A DNA stretch of 64,000 bases, from the NCBI RefSeq assembly GCF_964355755.1, contig NC_092671.1, positions 19,778,001 to 19,842,000 of the forward strand, in the 5' to 3' direction. The notes beneath the pieces are model-generated. The model saw only the letters and a program-made list of their open reading frames with translations, ran no database searches and was not told the origin of the DNA. Positions within the stretch are counted from its first letter, which is position 1. Every line of letters starts with the position of its first letter. A program made the position numbers and the translations under genes. Source of the DNA: Antedon mediterranea. Taxonomy: Eukaryota > Animalia > Echinodermata. This document shows, piece after piece, positions 49,965-63,095 of this stretch.

Positions 49965-51433
49965 AGGCTGGTTTCCTGTCGACGTAAGAACATCACTTTT
50001 GTTGCGACTACCTCGATTTGTCGTAAGAAATGCGGATTTTACAGGAAACCGATTACGATCGAAAATTTATAAAATCGACGTAACGTAAGAAAAATGGTAA
50101 CGACAAACGATTTTACAGGAAACCGATGACCTAACAATTGTTGCGTTACGACGTTTTCTTCCGATTTTACAGGAAACCGGGATTTTTGATCTTACGCTTG
50201 AATGAACGCCCTTGCGTCACGTTTCTTACGTCTCTTACGAAAGTTGACTTGAAGTCAACTTTCGCAAGAGACGTAAGCGCAATCGTAACAAGCAACCAAT
50301 GAGCGACAAGATTTATGACGTAATGTGTATGACCTTACAGTGAAATATAGCCGGACAATAACATTTGTATGTATTTACCGTACTACTACAATTTTAGCCC
50401 ACTTTACCATGTTGTACAATGTACATACTTTACAAATGCACAGTAGTTTCAATATAATATTGTTCTAATCAGGGAGTTTACAACTCATATCAAAATATAA
50501 TACTCTTATTTATGGACGTGCAATAAACAATCCGCATTGAAACCGACATTCTTCTGTTCTATTTGTCGGTAGAAACGTCGCGAAAATGAACATTTGCAAC
50601 AAGATAAGATATAGAAAGCCCTTGTAAGCAATATAATATTATTATGTAACTTAAAAAAAAAAATGTTTGCTTGATTTTGTATAATTTATATTGTTTTGTC
50701 AAATTTATTCTTATTATAGGTAAATAATGGGTATCTTACTGCGTTAGTACTATCTCATGCTCGATTAGAGTACGGTATGCCTGGGCCCATAGGTAGGTCT
50801 AATAATAATAGGAATCCCGAAATGATTTGCCGTTTTTTAATTTTGAAAACTATTTAAGGCTAGGCCTACTAAGGCCAGAATAATTAATTCATATTTTGGT
50901 TCATACAATAGTGCATAGGCCTAGCCTATTAGCCTGGCTCCTAGGCTAGTTTGATTATATTTTGGTCAAATCCATTCCTATTAGTACAGTATTAATTAAG
51001 TATTATTACTAATACTAGGGCCTAGCCTATCTACTAAAAATAATATGTTGGTGTGCTGCACTGACACTGAGTAGCTACAGGTACAATAACAACATTCAAC
51101 ATTTCGCGCGAAAAATGATAAAACCCGCTCTAAAAAGAAACACCAATCATAGATGTTGTTTCAAATACGTCATAAATCTGACCGACGAAAGAAAAAAATT
51201 TCAACTTTCGTAACAACACTAAAATCGACGTAAGCATACGACGTGTGTTTCACAGCCAAAATTTCAACTTTCGGGAGCAGCATAACTACAGATGTTTCTC
51301 TGCGGCCTGACACGATCTTGACTAACGTCAACGACGTCAATTTTTTCTCAACTTTCGTAAGAGACGTAAGAAACGTATGAAACGCAAGAGTCGTTGCAAA
51401 ATTCGACTTCTTACGTCGACAGGAAACCAGCCT
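49965..51433. mobile_element. PIF/Harbinger-like non-autonomous element (1469 bp)
   Basis: Perfect 26-bp TIR AGGCTGGTTTCCTGTCGACGTAAGAA. TAA at 49962-49964 and 51434-51436. Confidence 0.88.
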
Positions 51434-51469
51434 TAAGGGACGGCTTCTAATAATAGACTATCTCTCGTA

Positions 51470-54400
51470 ATAGGTATTTATTCATAAAAAACACATAAAT
51501 AGTACAAACAGAAGGCAGCCAACGGCTGAAAAATTCTGCAAACAACGTACAAAGTAAAAAAATTTAAAAGACTCTAACAACAGTATAATATATACAAGTA
51601 CACAGAAAATAAGATCATTAAAAAGTCGTTAAAAATATTTAAAATGCCAAAAAGACCCAGATAAACCAAAACATGCGGTAATTATTATTAATGTTATAAA
51701 CCTACAAAGTTTTAGTTTTAGAAGCTTCATTCATTCTATCAATAATTTTAGGGATGCTAGAGCGTTTCCAACGATTAGTTTTACACAAGGGGGCATCCAA
51801 CAAATTAAAATTTCTCAAATTGCGACCGCGGTTACGATAAGGGGAAAGCATATCACGATAGAGTTTAGAGAGTAGTATCCCCTTCCCAAATTTCACCATC
51901 AAGTTATCTCTTCTGGCTTCAAGAGAATATAATCCAGACACGGATAAAGCATTTTCATAACTGATGTAATTAGCACCGTAAATACATCTTAGAGCTCTCT
52001 TTTGTACCCTTTCAATTCTAGTACATTGGATATTGGTTAATGAGCTATGCCACAAGGGACACGCATATTCCAAAACTGGACGTATGTACGTAGTAAAAAC
52101 AGTTAACAGGTCGTTAGCTGGGGCCAAAGCTTTCCTAAGAATGGAAAGGGTAAAAAGTCGTTTAGATGCTTTAGAAACACATTCATTAACTTGAATGTCC
52201 CATTTAAGATCACATTGTATTACAACCCCTAGTAATTTTAAAGACTCAACCACTTCGATGACATGGTCATTAAGTGTAAAAATTGGTTGCGGTGTGTGGC
52301 CCTGTAAAAAGGACACTCTCATAATATGACATTTACTAGGTTGTGGGGGAGCATGCTGTTGCTAGAACACAAGTGTCAACATTGCTAAGGATAGTTTGCA
52401 TTTTTTGATCATCCACATATTTCCACCTCTTAGGAGTATCTTGGGCAACATCATTGACAAGCACTAAAAAAAGGATGGGACCCAACTTAGTCCCCTGGGG
52501 GACACCACACGTGATGCCTACGGTGGACGAAACACATTGACACATTTTGGTGTTAATATTTCGATTGGTTAAGAAGCTACTAATAACTGGAATTATAGAC
52601 GGACGAACCCCAATATTTATTAATTTACTAATCAGAATCGTGTGATCCACACGATCAAAAGCCTTGGTGAAATTAAATCTATGGCACATAGATTCACAAA
52701 CTTTCCACCTGAATCAATGTCCGATAAGACAGTGTTAATAAGGTCCACAAGGTAATGCGTGGTAGACGAGTTCTTGCGACTTCCGTACTGTTTATTATCG
52801 ATATCATTAACAATATCCTCCATGATCCAGGCCGTTAGAAACGATTCAAAGATTCTACCGAAAATGGGTGTTAACGAAATAGGGCAAAGATCATTAACGT
52901 TAGATGCATTGCGAACCTTCGGAACCGGTACAATGGTAGCAGTCTTCCAAATGTTAGGAAATTTAACGCAGAGTTGAAAATCTCAGCAAGAGGAGGGGCT
53001 AACTCGGGTGAGAATTCTCTTATCAGCTTAAGTGGGAGGTCGTCTGGATGGCTTGATTTGTTGATTTTTAATTTATCCATAACAGCTTTCACTTGACCTG
53101 GATGGATTACAGGTGGCTCCAACGCTGGAAGGTAAGATGGTAACTGTGAGGGTTGCAAAGCAGGTAGTTCAGAGCAGACACTCGCGAAGTGCGTATTGAC
53201 AGATTCAACGGTTTCACTAAGAGAAAGGCCCGGAATACTAAACGTTTTCCTTTTCTTCAGGTTACACAAATTAGAAATGCCATCATGCCATTTCTTGGGG
53301 TCATCTGGCTTGAGGCATTGAATAGAATTCTTGTAGAAAGTGGCTTTGGCGTGGGATATGGCCTTCTGCACAGAGTTCCTAAGTTGACGCCAACGCTGTG
53401 TATGATTGCAACTAACTGCTTTCTGTCTATCATCAAGGAGTTGTCTAACTTTCGTAGTCACACGGTTTATCTGCTGAACGCTTCTTTAATATCTTACTAG
53501 GAAAGCATGATGAAAATTTCCCGTTAAGTATTGACATAAACTCAGCAACATTGACATCAACTTTGCTGGTAAGAGACTTCCATTCGTGTGTTGTTATCCA
53601 TCGCCCAAATTGTCTTACTGCAGAATCGATGTAGGGTCTGACAGAAATTTTGTTTGATGTAGAACACTTAAAAGCGACTTTCGGTTCGATGAGGACACAA
53701 CAATGGTCACTTCTACCAAGAGGAACTAACCGACGCGTTGATTTAAACATATCTGGATTAGACACAAACACCTTATCCAGTGTGGCACCGTGCCTTGTGT
53801 TAAAATTAATTAGCTGTGTCATTAGTAAGTCGCTACAAAACGTGTCAGTATTAAGGTGGTTAAAATCGCCAAATATTAAAATGTTAGCAGACTGGTTATA
53901 TTTATACGAATTCCATCAACAGTCGTAAAAATGTGATCAAGGAGGTCATCACCATAATTAGCTGATGGGGGATAATATATGTCCCCTATGTAAATATCTT
54001 CTAAACATTTGCCTGTGTTATAAGACATTTTATTCCAGATGCATTCGTACCGGCATTCGTGGTGCGCGTCAATTCTATTCATATGTAAATTCTCGTCCAC
54101 AAAAATGGCAACACCACCACCTCTACGAATTCTACGATTTTTAGCACTAATTCCATAACCAGGTACATTAACAAATTCTTCTGTCTCGTCTTTCATCCAT
54201 GACTGAGTTATAACAGCAATCTTGGCATCATATCTTTTTAAAGTACAATAAAATTCGTCCGCTTTATTGCAAATTGATCTAGCGTTGGTGTACAACATTT
54301 TCGGACAAGGAACTTATGTATTGTCCCTTTGACTAATTCCCAAAAAAAAATGTGTAAAATATATTTCGAAAAAAGTTGGTCATTTTGAAGTATCATAATA

Positions 54401-55305
54401 GTTATTAACTTTCACCAAAAATTAGTCCCCAAAAAATGTTTTTAACCGAAATACAGACGTTTTTTTGTTCAAAAAAATAACTTTGACTTCCAGTCAAAGT
54501 TTTCGATCAAAACATATCTCATAATGCAACGCGCTTGTTTGGCTACTCTGTATGCATAATCATAAAACTTCCTCGCGATCTGTGTGAAATCACCTTCTCA
54601 ACCGTGACGAGTTGTAAACAATCCTAATTAGCATCATGCATAATGCATACTCGTGGTTTGAAATCTTTGTTTACTTTCGCTCGTGACAATTTTCCAGATG
54701 AAATGTAATCAGATTAATTTACCTGTTAATTACGTAAACTTGTTGTTTTTGGCTAGAATTTTCGACTTAAAGTGAATAACTTTAATATTACTTTGATATG
54801 GCTAATTTAAATTTAGAATATTTTTTTTTTTTCATTTTTTGTATTTCAAGGGACAATACATCTTTAATATCGGATCTCCGGCATTTGATGTTAATCAAGT
54901 TCACTGGGTTCCGCTCACGGTTGTATTTATTAGAATTTCTATTACGGACAGTTATTCTAACGTTAATTCTCCTACGTAGATTACGTCCACCGCGTTTACC
55001 TATAGGCCTGTGTCGCCAATTAGAGAAATTTCTGCATTGACGGTTCGTAGGTATGTAAATCACGCCGGTGTTCATTGTTCTATATGGCCGATGTGATGAG
55101 TCTACACAGGTCCTTTGGCTTAGCAATTGAAATCAACAAACAACAACATACAGTACATAATTCAATATATAAACATCACAATTCAGTAGCACAACCTTTC
55201 AAAGTACAAAATATCACGAAACCATAAATCAGGAATAACAAAAAACATCAAGAAATAACATAAAAGCGAGAGACCGATGTCAAGCAGTGCTGACAGCGCC
55301 ACCGG
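51470..55305 (-). mobile_element. Near full-length decayed L2/CR1-group LINE (APE + RT)
   Basis: LYTNARSICNK, RRGGGVAIFV, IYYPP, TRHGATLDKVF, LGRSDH, KQYGSRKNSST, FTKAFDRVDH, GVPQGTKLGPILFL, KYVDD, LKLLGVVIQCDLKW, IRPVLEYACPLWHS occur in successive frameshifted ORFs 51702-54298. Ends approximate. Confidence 0.9.
54316..54863. mobile_element. Kolobok-like MITE inserted in the LINE ORF (related termini to 18375-18718)
   Basis: ATGTATTGTCCCTT ... AAGGGACAATACATCT-TTAA. The left TTAA/AG is partly deleted. Removing the insert restores LINE ...SDIK|VPCPKMLYTNARS. Confidence 0.75.
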
Positions 55306-55319
55306 TTATATATATATGT

Positions 55320-55705
55320 AAGGGGATCACCTCTCTCTTAACGACCACACCTTTTGTAAATGACCACCTCTTTTAAGGGACCACGACCTCTTTCTCTCTA
55401 TTAAAGGACCGCTTCTCATAATCGTCAGTGACGACTCTTTTAAGGACCACCTCTCTTACGTACGTAAGTGAGACCTCTTTTAAAGGACCACCACCTCTAT
55501 TAAGAGACTAATTCTCATAATCGACCATCGCCCATCACAACGACCTCTCGAATATGACCACCTCTATTAAACGACCCCTGCCTCTGTTAATGGACCGCTT
55601 CTCATCATTGAACTTGCGACCACAAAGACGATCTATGTTAATGGTCCACCACCTCTATTTAAGGACCGCTTCTCATAATCGCTGGTAAAGGACCACCTAC
55701 TATTT
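55320..55705. repeat. Array of degenerate GACCACCTCT / GGACCGCTTCTC motifs (subterminal repeats of an old non-autonomous element; continues at 49715-49780 and 51437-51470)
   Basis: More than 10 copies of ACCACCTCT-like motifs at ~17-20 bp spacing. Confidence 0.55.
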
Positions 55706-58700
55706 CTACTAGAGTCCAGATAGTCATATATTTCCACTTTAATAAGATGCTGTAGGCACTTCGTGTTAAAAGCGAAAAAATGTTTTTTAGGGTAATTTTG
55801 GGGTGCTGAATTCAAATCTGCTGTTTACCCGGCTCAATTTTTAGATCTTCACCCTTAAAACTGAACAACTTCCCGAAGATCTCACACCTGTAGTCAAACC
55901 TTAATTTGCTTTGCGTGCTTGGTTGTACTGATTGGAGGAGTTATCTTGCACAAATATCTTTTTTTTCTGACTATCAAATTATTAAAGAAACACCCTGCCC
56001 AGAAAAACATTTACTTGAACCATTATATATACTTCGTAAGCACAAGTATAACATTTATATTGTGGTCCAATTCGTTACCAAGGAGTTTTAATTATTGTTG
56101 TACATCTCATGAACATCTGTTTAACAATATTTCCCATTGATATTTAAGTATTTCCAGTACCGGAAATGAAGCACATGTTTGATGTCCTACATATAACGCC
56201 AGGACAAAGAAAGTTAATGCTTTGGAAGGAAATTAATTCATAACGTTGGTACGTACGTACACTACTAACAGACGAACGAAGTGTTAACAAACGTAATTTT
56301 CGATTTTGTTTTTAAAAGGTTATGTAAAAGGTATGTTTATGTTTATTAATGTTTTACTAATATATGATTTACAAGGTTATTAGGATGAATCACATTTCTT
56401 TTTTTCGAATTAATTATGTCCTGACTTGATTGTATCCAGTTTTTTCTTTCTCTGTACAACATTATTAGATTCCGAGTAAACTTGTTAAAATATTAATTAA
56501 ATTAAAACTAATGATAATTATTATTATCTGCCAAATTTTCGGCAAATGGCAGAGCGATTAAGGCAGGGGCGTCGTTTAAAAGAGCCAACAATCTTGACAT
56601 GGGTTTGAGGCCGATTTGAGGTTTTAGATCTGGTGGTGGAACAATTTTCCTCGGATAAAGGCTATACATACGCCGTAAGCCTAGTATAGGCCTACACAGT
56701 TTACTCGTGTGCATTCATCATGAGACGAGTAAGGTTAATTATCCCTAGTGAACTGGTCCACTGGTCCCTATCAGGGGGATTCCCACCTCTGATAGGGCAG
56801 TGATTAATTTACTATTGGTAATCCTTGGCCACATGTATCTAAAAACCTAATGGAAACAACTTGTAATCTCAAATGCAACATGGATATTATGGCCTTGGTA
56901 TAGAGTATTAAATTAATATGCTCGTGTTACCGTATCCTGGTCTGCTTAACGAAATAACAATAACATCTACAATTTAGAAAGAAATTCATTAAAGAAAACT
57001 ATAATTTTTAATTGATAAATTCAGTATACCATGGATCTTCTGGATATGTATCCGAATCCCAGTACAGTTCCACATACAGTACTATATTACAATATGTTAT
57101 TAGTATCATGGAAGGTTAGTTTAAGGGTTAGATCATGATAAGGCGATACATTCCAGAATCTGAGACTTGAGAAATGCGTCCCAACGGATTGATTGTAGGC
57201 CTATAGTGTAGTTTTATTTTTTCCACCGAGGGCCCGGGATGTCAACACATTTTCCAGGCTCATGAATTTAGAATGGAATGTGAATTTGGTTGTGATAAAT
57301 CATTTAAACATATAATATGTCTGAGTAGGCATAATACATGCCTTTGTCAGAGCAGATTATTACATGAACGAATACAATCGCGATTCAAACTATCATTTTA
57401 CGATGAAAAGGAATGATTGAATAAATATCTAGTCGGATTCGGATGGTAGACTTGTTAATCCTGTATTTTACCTGACAATTGACCTTGTTATACTGTTTTG
57501 TTGTAGGTTTCCCGTTTACCACGTCATCATCATCCATATTGAACCTCAGAGATTATTATATAGTTCAGTGATATGTGTGAGAGTATTATATTGTTATGCG
57601 TCGACCTTGCAGACACATTGAACTTTTATAGCGGTTTCTGTTTCCTACGCATATACATCTCAAATTTTAGTAACCTTTACACGTGGAAGACGTCCTGAAA
57701 TATTTAAGCAAGAAAGCCATCAGGTCTCTGTATGTGGTCATTTTCTGGAAAATGTGAATATGTCAAATTCGACACATGAAGGTAGGTAATTTTCAATTTC
57801 CCAGTGTATTGTCAAATATGTTTAAGGTTTATGAACAACCTGATATGCCTAAACATGTCATTGATTATATATACTGTATTATATACGACAGTGCTCCGTT
57901 CAATTCAACTTTTATTTGGAAGAGTACGTAGGCTACAACTGTGTAGGTCTGGCCTACTATTATTTTCAGCTGAAACATCGTCTTCCACACCGAGAATGTT
58001 AACACAACAAATCCTGGAACAATGATAATTGCATCTGCTAATAATGTTAATCGGCCTGAAAGCATATGTATTTGAACTATGTATGAGGAAGATCAGTACC
58101 ATAATCAAACTTTTGATAACAAAAACACAATGTCGAGATTAAGGCATTCCCTGACCAGGAAGTATTGAAACAGATGCATTTTGAATGTGATGAATAATTC
58201 TTATTGTATTTCCTTTTATTAATTATGACCTATAGCTATTATAGTACAGATAGGTCGCTTCGTAGATGAACAACTACAATGTCAAAAATAGCGCAATCTT
58301 GGTTTAAATATCCAGACAGTTTATTTTGTCAATATAACAATTATGGAATATGGTGCAGTGTTAGGCCAATATAATGTATACATTTTTCGCATAAAAATGT
58401 TATTCCAGCGTCGAAATATCATCAGAGAGTATTACGTTATTCCACGTACGTACAATTACGTACGTACGTACGTGGTCAATAATGAAATGCACTGTGCTCA
58501 TTACCAAGGAAACAACAATAAGTCTAGCTTTTTTATAATTATGTTTTAAGTTTTTAAACATAAAACATGCATTAATTAACACAATAATATTTACTACCGT
58601 GCATCACTTTCATCACCACTACCACCAATGCAAATTTGATAGAAAGAAGTTCAGCACTGTTTGTAATGTTTAGGACTTGGATCTGCCACTGTCAAACCCT

Positions 58701-58865
58701 ACCCCCATGTCAACTTATTAAAAACATTTATATTAAAACTAGATTAAAATATACTCATTTTAAATAAAATCATTAAGAAATCTATTGATTTTTGTTATCA
58801 TGTAAAGTCTACTACAAATTATAGTCACACAAAAGAAACTAAAGTGTGTGTTTTTTTTTTAAAAG

Positions 58866-61800
58866 AATATTGTTCTGGGCGAGGTTACTGGGATACTGGA
58901 AAATGCAGATGTTATGCGGGTTGGAATGGTGATTCATGTAATTCAAATTGTCTACCCGGAACGTATGGTATAGGATGTATCAACTTGTGCACTTGTGGTG
59001 AAAATGCATCGTGTGATGTTTTCACAGGAAAGTGCACATGTAAAACTAACAGGTAAGACGATGCTATATTTCAATTTGCTGTCTCGGCGCTTTTAAAGTA
59101 TTGTAGCATTTTTGCTGTTAATTTGGTGCTAATTCTGAAAAATCATAATCCCCAAAATAGTTTTTACTATAGACCTATATACTCTAGTAGCTAGATCAAC
59201 TTTCGTATGCACTTTGAGGTCCAGAGAATTTGACTTCAGAAATTGGTTTAGGATGGTCAAACAATCATTATTGGCTTGGTTACACATTTTGAAAATGTGG
59301 CGAAAGGTCAAAAGGTCAGGGTGAAAGGTTATCAAACTAAACACCAATAGGTCCTTAAATCTCGACAACCACTGGTCACAGCGAGGTAATTTTGGTCTCA
59401 AATTGATCAGAAGGTATACATTTATATTCAGTCTAATGGGACATTTTAGTAAAAAATGACCGGAAATACCATTTCTGACCTTTAACCCACACCCCAGGGC
59501 ATGTATGTATCTCCGTAACTACTGGTCGTAGACACCTGAATTTGGTTTTAAATTGTTCGAAATATATATTTTGTTATTTGTTACACATTTTGAAAAATGT
59601 TACAAAAGGTCAAAGGGTCGGGGTCAAGGGTTATATAAACAAATAAATAAAGGTACTTGTATCTCGGCAACCACTGGTCGCAGCAAGTCAATTTTGGTCT
59701 CAAAATGTTCAGAAGGCATGCATTTATATTCCGTCTAATGGGGCATTTTAGTAAAAAATTATCAGAAATGCTATTTCTGACCTTTGACCCACATACCAGG
59801 GCATCTTCATATCTCTGTAAGTACTGGTCGTAGAAACTTAAATTTGGTATCAAATTGTTCGAAATATACATATTTACATTCATTGTAATAGAAAATGTGG
59901 TTAAAAGATGAACAGAAAATACTATTACTAATGTTTCAAACAAAAAACATATCTCTACACAGTAATGTTATGCAATAACTGATACCTTAAATTGTTTCAA
60001 TTTCAAGTACTAGTTATTGCTGCGAGAACATTTTGATATAAACGTCAAGCTCAACAGTTCTTTTCAGAATAGTTGCATAATAGTACTGTTGATTTTTGTT
60101 GGTGGAAATTGCCTTTTAATTCAAGTTTATTAAAAGATATCGCAGTAATTATTACAATATTTACATTCATGATGATTAAAAGAATATAAACAACATGTGT
60201 AACCTATAAACTAATAAATAGAAACGGTACCATCATAATGCAGAAAAAAGGGAGCTTTACATAGGCCTAAATGTCACAGAATTTGTTTAAGCTCACACAC
60301 ATTTAGTAAATAACCTTATTTATGTCTTTTTTTACTTGTTTGCAGTACATGTATTCAGTGTAAATATGGACTCTATGGACCATCATGTTCAATTCCATGT
60401 ATTTGTGGAGATGAATCTTGTAAATCCGATACTGGTGACTGTATTTTAAAAAGTAAACACAATATCCGCAAGTTATATTTTCTAATTAGTAAAATTCGTT
60501 CAGATACCAGTTGAATATCTTGTCAGAATTTAGACGACAACTGTCAATTTAAATATGTTGGCATGATGCCAACAGATTGAATAACAGATATATAATCAGT
60601 TGTTAATTTGTCCAAAACGAGTAACAGTAGAATAATTTAACGGTTTTAACTTTCTTTTAATGATAAATCCTTTCTATTTGACATAGGTTCAGACAATGTT
60701 GGTGCTGCGACAATTTCAGCTATTACGCTTGGAGTTCTTCTTGGTATTATTTTATTCATATTATGTCTTATTTTGATGTGGAATTTATGGAATCAAAAAC
60801 ATTTCTTGAAGAAATGCAGAACATTTAAACCTAGGTATTTTAGTAACAATAATTTTGTATTACTTTTTTTTAAATTACTTGTAGGTAGACCTGAACATTA
60901 TCTTTACAAACGAATTTAAAACAGTTAATTTGTAGTAAACTGAAGATAAACAAAATACTTCCCTGATTGTATTATGGCATTTAAAAAAAATTGTTGCTTT
61001 TGTGTTTTGTGTTTTTTTAATGGTCTGATGGTTTCGTTTGATACGCAATGTGTTTAAAATGTAAACGCTTATTGAGAAGATTGTTTGCGATTTAGTTGGG
61101 AAGATGAGCATTTAATTTAATGTTTTCTATATATTCTGTTAAAGTTGGTTTGGCATTCGTCAGCTCAGATCGCGTCAATATTTATTTCTTGTTCTAATGT
61201 TGCCTTCGTTGAGTAAGCTTTATTCATCATGTTTACCATTTATTAAATATGTACCAACTGGCATATTACCGACTTTTATATATCATCATAAATTTAGGAA
61301 CAATTAACTAGAACTATAATTACATTAATTATGACAATATAACAGTAGTGTTGGAAATGTAAGTTACAAACACAGCATATTATTATTGATATTATCATTC
61401 TTTTCTCTACAAAAATTGCGTCCATTGTCGACGAATATATATGTATTAAAAACAATAATATTAACAAATGTGTCCAGTCTCTTTAATCTTTCATTTAATT
61501 ATTTTGTTTTATTTCAGGGAACAAGAAGATATTGAAGACACGTTGAACGATTTTGATATCATTTATGAATTTGGATCTGGTAAGTTGTAACTGAACAGAG
61601 TACATACCCTTGTAATATATATTATGTAGAGATGCAGTAGGTTAATGAATTACTTAATCTTTGGCAATTTAAACTGTAATAGCTATTATTTTTTAACCTA
61701 AATAGATTTAAATTATTTGGTTCAGGTCGTAATAGTATTGATACTGACGTTGGTTCAATAACATCTAGTAATAAAATGTTTCCAACTCGAGTAGTGCAGG

Positions 61801-63095
61801 AACGAGAGCTTCCTGGAATACCAGAAGAAGACGAAGGAGTTAGTGGAGGTCAAGTTCAATCTGAAAATGTTGACGACAATGAACTAGATCGTGTAGAACA
61901 TTGGCAATGTGAAAAGCCTGTAAATAGTTCAGGATCGATTAGTTTGTCCGTAAAAGCAGTACATGGTTCTGTGAGATCAAATGTTGATATACACACTGAG
62001 CCCAAAGCTACGAAAGCGTCACCACATAAACTTAACAGTAGTGAGATTCCGCGAAACATAAACGATGATTCTACTAGTTTTGAATATCATATAAATGGTG
62101 ATTTGGAAAGAGCTTTGCTTTCAGAAGATTACATGGAACTCAGAAGATCAATCGAAAATTTGACTGCGGTTATTTCACAAATTCCATTAGCTGTTTCACA
62201 AGGTTCTTCGTGTAGTGTCTCACTTGTTGGAAGAAGTGATTCTTCAAGTGATCAAGACGAATACTTGTTTAGGAGTGTTCCAAGTATCAATGTAAGTGAT
62301 CAATTTGATGAGATGAATATCAGTGGTTCTGAGGAAATAGAGAGTAAGTCTGGAAAAAGAAAAAGGAAACGAACCTCAGTTCATAATTATCTTTCTGTTA
62401 ACACTGGAAATTTGTCTACGAGTTCAGATGAAGAACCTGCAACGGTATATGACAACACTTTAGACGTTGCTTTTAACATCGACACTTCTGGAAATGAAAG
62501 CGATTCAAAAGGCTATAACAAAGTCGATAGAACAAAGCGTTCATATAGTCGAGAAATAGCGGAAAGTGAAAATGAATACGATTCTTTACAAATTTCCGTT
62601 GGTCATAGTTCATCGCTTGATAAAGTGTATACACAACCACGTAATGAACAGCCAAAAGATGAATGCGATTCAAACTATCTAGAAACAAAAGTTGTAAATC
62701 TAAATAAACTTCATCTAACAAATGAAGTCAGTGGACAGAAAATAAACATAGATGACCAATATTTACAAGTGAGAATTACTGAAAATAACAAGGAAAGCAA
62801 TGCCGCCAAGTCTAATATTGAACTTGAATCAAAATATCTGGAAACAATTCCATTTATAAAGAAACAAAATCAATCTGTAAAGAAACTAGAAAAAAATGAA
62901 AACAAGGAATTCTTAAAAAGTCATTCTACTGAAGAAGTGCATTCCAGATCATCAGATTTAAAAATCACGAATGAACCTGAATCAGCCTTTACTTTGGAAA
63001 AGTTAGAAAATTCAAAAAAAGATCAGAAACAATCAATCACCATCGAGATGAAGTCTAAAATTCCAATAAGAGTCAACAAAAAGTATTCTATTTAA
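58866..63095 (+). CDS. Spliced MEGF10/SREC-like EGF-repeat type I membrane receptor with long Ser/Glu/Tyr-rich tail; exons 58866-59052, 60346-60452, 60687-60834, 61518-61579, 61726-63095 (5' exons unresolved)
   Basis: EGF exons YCSGRGYWDTGKCRCYAGWNGDSCNSNCLPGTYGIGCINLCTC... and TCIQCKYGLYGPSCSIPCICGDESCKSDTGDC. TM ISAITLGVLLGIILFILCLILMW. GT-AG phases 2/1/2/1 join in frame to ORF 61776-63095. Confidence 0.87.
59270..59880. repeat. ~300-bp tandem duplication of transposon-derived sequence in intron
   Basis: TTACACATTTTGAAAA...AAAGGTCAAA...CAACCACTGGTC...ATTTCTGACCTTT...TACTGGTCGTAGA occurs at ~59280 and ~59581. The motif AATTTTGGT(G/C)TCAAA is shared with the interior of the 10381-13783 element. 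Confidence 0.7.
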
